Shown here: piece by piece, positions 52,650 through 64,000 of the stretch
Position numbering within the stretch: position 1 is the first letter of the stretch
How the letters are laid out: the number at the start of each line of letters is the position of its first letter
NCBI GenBank assembly: GCA_002269645.1
Contig: NIVC01002714.1
Span: 8,574 to 72,573, forward strand
Reading direction: 5' to 3'
Length of the DNA: 64,000 bases
Source of the DNA: Macrostomum lignano
Taxonomy: Eukaryota
Translations under genes and position numbers: made by a program
Notes under the pieces: model-generated
What the model was told of the DNA's origin: nothing
Seen by the model: only the letters and a program-made list of their open reading frames with translations
Databases searched by the model: none

Positions 52650-53005
52650 ATGGCCGGTTCTCCAGGTGGGCGATTCTCCAGGTGGCCGGTTCTCCAGGTG
52701 GCCGGTTCTCCAGGTGACCGGTTCTCCAGGTGGGCGATTCTCCAGATGGGCGATTCTCCAGGTGGCCGGTTCTCCAGGTGACCGGTTCTCCAGGTGGGCG
52801 ATTCTCCAGATGGGCGATTCTTCAGGTGGGCGATTCTCCAGGTGACCGGTTCTCCAGGTGGGCGATTCTCCAGGTGGGCGATTCTTCAGGTGGGCGATTC
52901 TTCAGGTGGGCGATTCTCCAGGTGGCCGGTTCTCCAGGTGGCCGGTTCTCCAGGTGGCCGGTTCTCCAGGTGACCGGTTCTCCAGGTGGCCGGTTCTCCA
53001 GGTGG
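52650..53005. repeat. 16-bp minisatellite (caggtgggcgattctc / caggtggccggttctc)
   Basis: About 22 units, two alternating variants. Confidence 0.92.
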
Positions 53006-53274
53006 GGCAATCAAATCGCGGTTCTTGGAATGACTTGTTCTCAGCAAGCAATAAAAATATAATTATAAGGTGCCATTAGTGAAATATATTAAGGAAGCAG
53101 TGAAACAACCTGGATGAATTCCAAAGTCAGTTTTAATGTCTGTGGTAAGAGGATTTCATAGTCAGGATTTTAATTTGCAATAATGGGAAAGAAATATATG
53201 CAATTTCACACTAACAACTGATTTGGCCTGACTTTGTCCAAAACAGCACGCATTGGACAGCCAACAGACGTTCA

Positions 53275-53468
53275 TCACACAGCCATCAGTCACTAATCTG
53301 ACACAGTCAGCAGTCACTAATCTGACACAGCCATCAGTCACTAATTTGACATAGTCAGCAGTCACTAATCTGACACAGTCAGCAGTCACTAATCTGACAC
53401 AGTCAGCAGTCACTAATCTGACACAGTCAGCAGTCACTAATCTGACAGGTCAGCAGACAGTCAGCAGA
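53275..53468. repeat. 24-bp minisatellite (cagcagtcactaatctgacacagt)
   Basis: About 8 units ending just before the acceptor at 53474. Confidence 0.9.
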
Positions 53469-53481
53469 CCCCAGCTGAGCA

Positions 53482-54240
53482 ATGTCCTGCTACGTGGGCT
53501 CAGGCCAGGGCACAGTCTCCTTCTGCATCAACACAGACGAGCGAGCCGAGCTGCCCCTCATCGTGGACCCCCTGCAGGCGGCCAATCTGCATGGCAAGTT
53601 CGACCTGCTGGGCCGGTCAATGGACGTGAAGCAGGCCCTGGACCAGGTGGGCCAGTCCCGACTAACCCTGAAGATCTTCAGTTTCATTGACGCGAACTCC
53701 ATCCTGATCGGCTTCCTGCTGCCCCTCACTGTGCCGCTGATCCACTACGGCATGAAGCTGATCTCCCTGCTGCACCAGAAGTTCCTGCTGCTCACCGACC
53801 TGCACCGGATTCTGCTCGGCCCGTTCTGGCGCGAAGTCTTCCGGATGCCCGTAGAAGCGTCGCTGCACCCGTCCTACTGCATGTACGTCTACTGCTGCGA
53901 CCTGCTGTGCATCTCCAGCCCGGAGCCGGACGAGTTCTTCCACCCGGACAATTACGAGGTGTTCACCCGGCTGAGCGAGCTGATCAACCCGCTGGGCTTC
54001 AAGATTGTCAACAGAGATCTGCTAGACAAGTACGCGGCCGAGGCGAAAGCTCGCGACAGCCTGCTGACGCTGAGCGAGGAGAGCGACGCCGAGATGGAGG
54101 AGGCTGGGCTGGGCGAAATGAGCGATGTAGAGATGCAGCAGTGGATGCTGGAAGACGAGGAGGAGGGCCTCGACTTGGAGGGAGAGGGGATGTGGCAGTT
54201 CGGCGATGGGGCAGCCGATCTCGATTTGGCCGGAGTCTGA
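53482..54240 (+). CDS. Hypothetical 252-aa protein, single coding exon, acidic C-terminal tail
   Basis: Strong C/G third-position bias like neighbouring genes; acceptor ccccag 7 nt before the ATG; in-frame stop just upstream; ATTAAA/AATAAA after the TGA; no family recognised. Confidence 0.8.
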   Translation: MSCYVGSGQGTVSFCINTDERAELPLIVDPLQAANLHGKFDLLGRSMDVKQALDQVGQSRLTLKIFSFIDANSILIGFLLPLTVPLIHYGMKLISLLHQKFLLLTDLHRILLGPFWREVFRMPVEASLHPSYCMYVYCCDLLCISSPEPDEFFHPDNYEVFTRLSELINPLGFKIVNRDLLDKYAAEAKARDSLLTLSEESDAEMEEAGLGEMSDVEMQQWMLEDEEEGLDLEGEGMWQFGDGAADLDLAGV

Positions 54241-54689
54241 GGCCCCCCCCCAAGTAGCAATTAACACGCACCTTTACATACTTAATACTTGGCAATTTCG
54301 CTCCAAATTAAGTTAATAAAATGCATTACATATTTATTTCTACTGTTGCAAGTAGAAAGTAAAGAGTTTTGCGATAAATTAAAACAACTTTGGCTACGTC
54401 TGGTCTCTTTTTTGGCAATCTGATTATTGGCAATTTATCTAAATTGACGATGCAATTATTGTTAATTACAAACTGCAATTAATTCTTGATGCAAGAGAAA
54501 GCGCTGGACTTAAAAAATGAGTGATTGCCTTGCACTAATCATATAGAATTCAGGGTTTTTTCGCTTTATGATTTAATAAACTCGTTCATTCGAGGTGTCA
54601 ATCAATATAATTGTTATTTATATTAATTAAATTATTGTAAAGCAATATTAAATGCAATTAAAGATTGAAGTCTACAAAATGCAAACCTA

Positions 54690-55395
54690 ACTGTCACACA
54701 CACAAACCTACCTGTCAGACACACACAAACCTACCTGTCACACACACGCACACACACACACAAACCTACCTGTCACACACACACAAACCTACCTGTCACA
54801 CACACACAAACCTACATGTACCTGTCACACACACGCACAAACCTACCTGTCACACACACAAACCTACCTGTCACACACACGCACAAACCTACCTGTCACA
54901 CACACACAAACCTACCTGTCACACAGACACACAAACCTACCTGTCACACACACACAAACCTACATGTACCTGTCACACACACGCACAAACCTACCTGTCA
55001 CACACACAAACCTACCTGTCACACACACGCACAAACCTACCTGTCACACACACACAAACCTACCTGTCAGACACACACAAACCTACCTGTCAGACTCATA
55101 AACCTACCTGTCAGACACGCACAAACCTACCTGTCAGACACACACAAACCTACCTGTCAGACACACACAAACCTACCTGTCAGACACACACAAACCTACC
55201 TGTCAGACTCACAAACCTACCTGTCAGACACACACAAACCTACCTGTCACACACACACAAACCTACCTGTCAGACACACACAAACCTACCTGTCAGACAC
55301 ACACAAACCTACCTGTCAGACACACACAAACCTACCTGTCAGACACACACAAACCTACCTGTCAGACACACACAAACCTACCTGTCAGACACACC
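54690..55395. repeat. 21-23-bp minisatellite (cacacaaacctacctgtcaga)
   Basis: About 30 units. Confidence 0.93.
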
Positions 55396-55632
55396 AACTT
55401 GTTGTTGTTATGCCACCTGTTCAGACAGATGCCTTGTTCTGAGACAGCGCAGTATTCCGAATCGATCTGCCAATGAAATCTCTTGTTACACTTTGTTGCA
55501 ATGTGCCAGTTAGCTCATAGCAACGGAGCTGATTGGCCGAGGCATTTTGGGAAAATTCTCCTACAAAGTCCTCTCAGACAAATTCTTCACAGCAAGAATG
55601 ACACCAAGAATCCGCGAGCTTGAACCTTCAAA

Positions 55633-63091
<7,459 letters not shown>

Positions 63092-63124
63092 GTGAGCGGC
63101 AGCGGCAGGGACAGGGGACGGAGG

Positions 63125-63690
63125 CTTGTAGAGATGAAGGGGGCTGGTAGTGATGATGCGGAGGCTGGTAGAGATGAAGTGGAGGCTGCTAGAGATGGAA
63201 GGGGCTGGTAGTGATAAGGTGGAGGCTAGTAGAGATGAAGCTGGGGCTGGTAGTGCTGAGGCGGAGGCTGGTAGAGATGAAGGGGCTGGTAGTGATGAGG
63301 CGGAGGCTGGTAGAGATGAAGTGGAGGCTGCTAGAGATGAAAGGGGCTGGTAGTGATAAGGTGGAGGCTAGTAGAGATGAAGCTGGGGCTGGTAGTGCTG
63401 AGGCGGAGGCTGGTAGAGATGAAGGGGGCTGGTAGTGATGAGGCGGAGGCTGGTAGAGATGAAGTGGAGGCTGCTAGAGATGAAAGGGGCTGGTAGTGAT
63501 AAGGTGGAGGCTGGTAGAGATGAAGCTGAGGCTGGTAGTGATGAGGCGGAGGCTGGTAGAGATGAGGCGGAGGCTGATAGTGCTGAGACAGAGGCTGGTA
63601 AAGATGAAGCGGAGGCTGGTATTGATGAGGCGGAGGCTGATTCTGATGAAGCGGAGCCTGATAGTGATGAGGCAGTGGACAGTGGCAGAT
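63125..63690. repeat. About 21-bp purine-rich repeat (gatgaggcggaggctggtaga)
   Basis: Units read DEAEAGR/S in one frame; 20-nt variant units break the frame in the 5' part. Confidence 0.88.
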
Positions 63691-64000
63691 AATTTCAGTT
63701 AAAGAAACAGAGATTTAATTTTTCCTTTTTTTATAAATTTTCGTTTATGGATACAAATAGTTATAAAAAGTAGCAATTTCCAGCATCTATTATCACTTGT
63801 GTTACGAACTATAAAATAAGTTTGTGTTTTTAAGCCCTTCAGCATCACGCGGCGTCAACAGTTATATATGAAACAAAACTTGATTCATGGTTACGCATCT
63901 TGAAGAAGTCTATACAAATTTAATTTTTTTGTCTTTTCCAATATTTGTTTTTAATAGAATCGACACAGCCGCGATAATAAGCTTGCGTTTCAACAATAAA

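Overview
Eukaryotic (animal) genomic DNA with GC3-rich exons and spliceosomal introns. Almost every long intron or spacer is filled by its own mini- or microsatellite. The style is reminiscent of a free-living flatworm such as Macrostomum, but this is inference and cannot be confirmed from the sequence. Plus-strand cluster (1-17.4 kb): last exon of a Vps39/TGFBRAP1-like gene, GMPPB, NDUFAF5 and TASP1. A 9-bp-TSD Foldback/Mutator-like element probably sits in TASP1 intron 1. Minus strand (17.8-22.2 kb): a Nit-Fhit fusion gene whose N-terminal nitrilase exons could not be found, and RPL35. Then a complete but decayed Ty3/Gypsy element (28190-33387; LTRs, PBS, PPT, TSD), a complete but decayed PIF/Harbinger transposon (37049-40279; TIRs, TTA TSD, MADF-BESS and DDE genes), and ZFYVE21. 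Further on are an EF-hand sarcoplasmic-calcium-binding-like gene with an in-frame TGA, an orphan 252-aa ORF, and a secreted PAN/multi-C-type-lectin-like gene with several frameshifts. Most long ORFs in the supplied track are artefacts of tandem repeats. The most notable signals are the in-frame UGA, minisatellites whose units are copies of adjacent splice or start signals, an operon-like layout with acceptors just before ATGs, the headless NitFhit, and CpG-deamination signatures in the transposons.
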